Shown piece by piece: positions 62,902-64,000 of a DNA stretch of 64,000 nt; the first letter of the stretch is position 1; each line of letters starts with the position of its first letter. The position numbers and the translations under genes are program-made. The notes beneath the pieces are model-generated. The model was not told the origin of the DNA. It saw only the letters and a program-made list of their open reading frames with translations, and ran no database searches. Source of the DNA: a virus; the IMG/VR virus record IMGVR_UViG_3300035703_000027, positions 1 through 64,000 of that record, one strand, 5' to 3'.

Positions 62902-63675
62902 CTATCGGACCGCCTTCAGCTTCGTCTCCAGGCTGGCCGGCAGCCCCTGGGGCTTCGCCTCGCGCAGCGCGAGGGCCTCCGTGCGCGACAGCCGGACCCC
63001 GCCGCGCACGTGCTCCTCCCAGGCCGCCACCGCGGCCGGCACGTGCGGCGTGATGAGGTCCAGCAGCGCCTGCGCGTACACCTGGATCTCCTGCTGCGCG
63101 TGCGCGTCGATCCGCAGGCTGATGAACCGCAGCAGGTTGTGCAGGTCGATCCGCCAGTACCACTCCGTGTAGAGCGACAGCGGCAGCACCAGCCGCGCCA
63201 GCTCGCGCGCGACCCCCGCCTCCAGCAGCCCGTCGTAGGCCGCATAGGCCTCCGCGTTCTGCATGGCGAGGGCCGCGATCGCCTCCTGTGCCACCTCGGG
63301 CGGCAGGGCCTCGCCGCTGCCTTGCCGGTTCACCGGGTCCTGCCCCTGGATGCGCCCGGGTTCGGGCTGGTAGAACACGTCCTTGAGCACGCTGTAGCGC
63401 CCCGACACCTCGTTCACGCTCGCCATCCGGTGCCGCAGCCACTGCCGCGCCACGAACAGCGGCGCCCGCACGTGGAACTTGAACACCACCATCTCCAGCG
63501 GCGTCGTGTGCTGGTTCCGCACCAGGTAGTCGATCAGGCGCGCGTCCTCGCGCACCGTCTTGGTGCCCTCGCCGTAGCTCACCCGCGCCGCCTGCACGAT
63601 CGCGGCGTCGCTCCCCATCACGTCCACGAGCCGCACCAGCCCGTGGTCGAGCACCCGAATCGTCGCCTCGCTCAC
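62902..63675 (-). CDS. thyX: Flavin-dependent thymidylate synthase
   Basis: AARVSY, HTTPLE, ARQWLRHRMASVNEVSGRY (RHRx7SxR); GTG start after GGGAGG. Confidence 0.95.
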   Translation of the reverse strand: MSEATIRVLDHGLVRLVDVMGSDAAIVQAARVSYGEGTKTVREDARLIDYLVRNQHTTPLEMVVFKFHVRAPLFVARQWLRHRMASVNEVSGRYSVLKDVFYQPEPGRIQGQDPVNRQGSGEALPPEVAQEAIAALAMQNAEAYAAYDGLLEAGVARELARLVLPLSLYTEWYWRIDLHNLLRFISLRIDAHAQQEIQVYAQALLDLITPHVPAAVAAWEEHVRGGVRLSRTEALALREAKPQGLPASLETKLKAVR

Positions 63676-63819
63676 AGTGTCTTGCCCTCCCCTGTATGCC
63701 GCCGCCAGGTGGTAAACCCGGCGCATCCCGTCATGCACGATGCCCCATCCCTCGTTTGCTGCGTCCGTGCCGCCCGCGCGCAGCGTGCACGCGACGTGCG
63801 CACGGCGGCCGTGCCGCTT

Positions 63820-63999
63820 TCAGCGCCACCGCGCCCGCAGTCGGTCCAGCGTCTGGCGCGCCAGGCGCCCGCAATCCTGGGCCGGCGCCTGGCTGTAGCC
63901 TCCCTGCTCGTCGCGCGGGCATTTCCAGTTTTCTTCCTTGGCGTAGTGGAGCAGGGCCTCCTTCGCCTCCAGCAGCTCTCGCTCCCGACGCTCCACCGT
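63820..63999 (-). CDS. 3' end of a hypothetical gene truncated by the window edge
   Basis: Open frame TVERRERELLEAKEALLHYA...LRARWR stop. Confidence 0.5.
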   Translation of the reverse strand, partial: TVERRERELLEAKEALLHYAKEENWKCPRDEQGGYSQAPAQDCGRLARQTLDRLRARWR

Positions 64000-64000
64000 C

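Larger units (their letters stand above)
1..64000. mobile_element. Large tailed bacteriophage (Caudoviricetes) genome segment, possibly phage-plasmid
   Basis: Terminase, portal, Bet, ThyX, polyvalent-protein domains, dense small hypothetical ORFs, two repeated promoter-like motifs; no host housekeeping operons. Confidence 0.92.

Noticed and set aside
16-63922. Many long overlapping or antisense ORFs in the track (e.g. 835-2352, 5893-9492, 13429-15705, 34284-38366, 39258-42008, 48463-50394)
   Set aside because: Shadow frames of high-GC coding DNA: Arg/Gly/Pro/Ala-rich, no RBS or motifs, and they overlap genes with recognisable domains.
1-64000. Specific host assignment
   Set aside because: SpoVS, sigmaF-like promoters, lipoproteins and high GC give conflicting hints and cannot be resolved without database comparison.

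Overview
The whole window is a ~70% GC slice of a large tailed-phage genome, possibly a phage-plasmid. It contains a terminase large subunit (532-2571), portal (13747-15387), Bet recombinase, ThyX, two SNF2 helicases (one with a LAGLIDADG intein), and DNA-modification candidates (DpdA/TGT-like, DUF6884-like, XF1762/Mom-like). It also has a tRNA-synthetase paralogue lacking the anticodon domain, SpoVS, and a Rep-like gene with a possible antisense RNA. No capsid, tail, tRNA or CRISPR features are recognisable. The main signal is a modular leader-plus-cargo system. Twelve genes (13 copies) share an ~130-aa His/Lys-rich leader (LxKA-LIQVKAHTRKDGTQVRAHTRNIQ...) fused to unrelated cargo domains: kinase-like, ParB-like, DarA_C-like, RQC-like, ART-like, zincin peptidases, LPD1/LPD5, SNF2 and a group-3-like sigma70 factor. 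Ten of these genes, the portal and one membrane gene are directly preceded by a promoter-like motif GGCAA-N28/29-TAnnnT (12 copies); the other two leader genes sit directly downstream in operons. A second motif, GCATA-N15-GGAT(A/G)G (10 copies, sigmaF-like), precedes early-type genes. Working model (inference): the leader targets effector proteins into the head for protease maturation and injection, including a sigma factor that switches on the GCATA/GGATAG promoters. All domain calls come from motif reading, not database searches.
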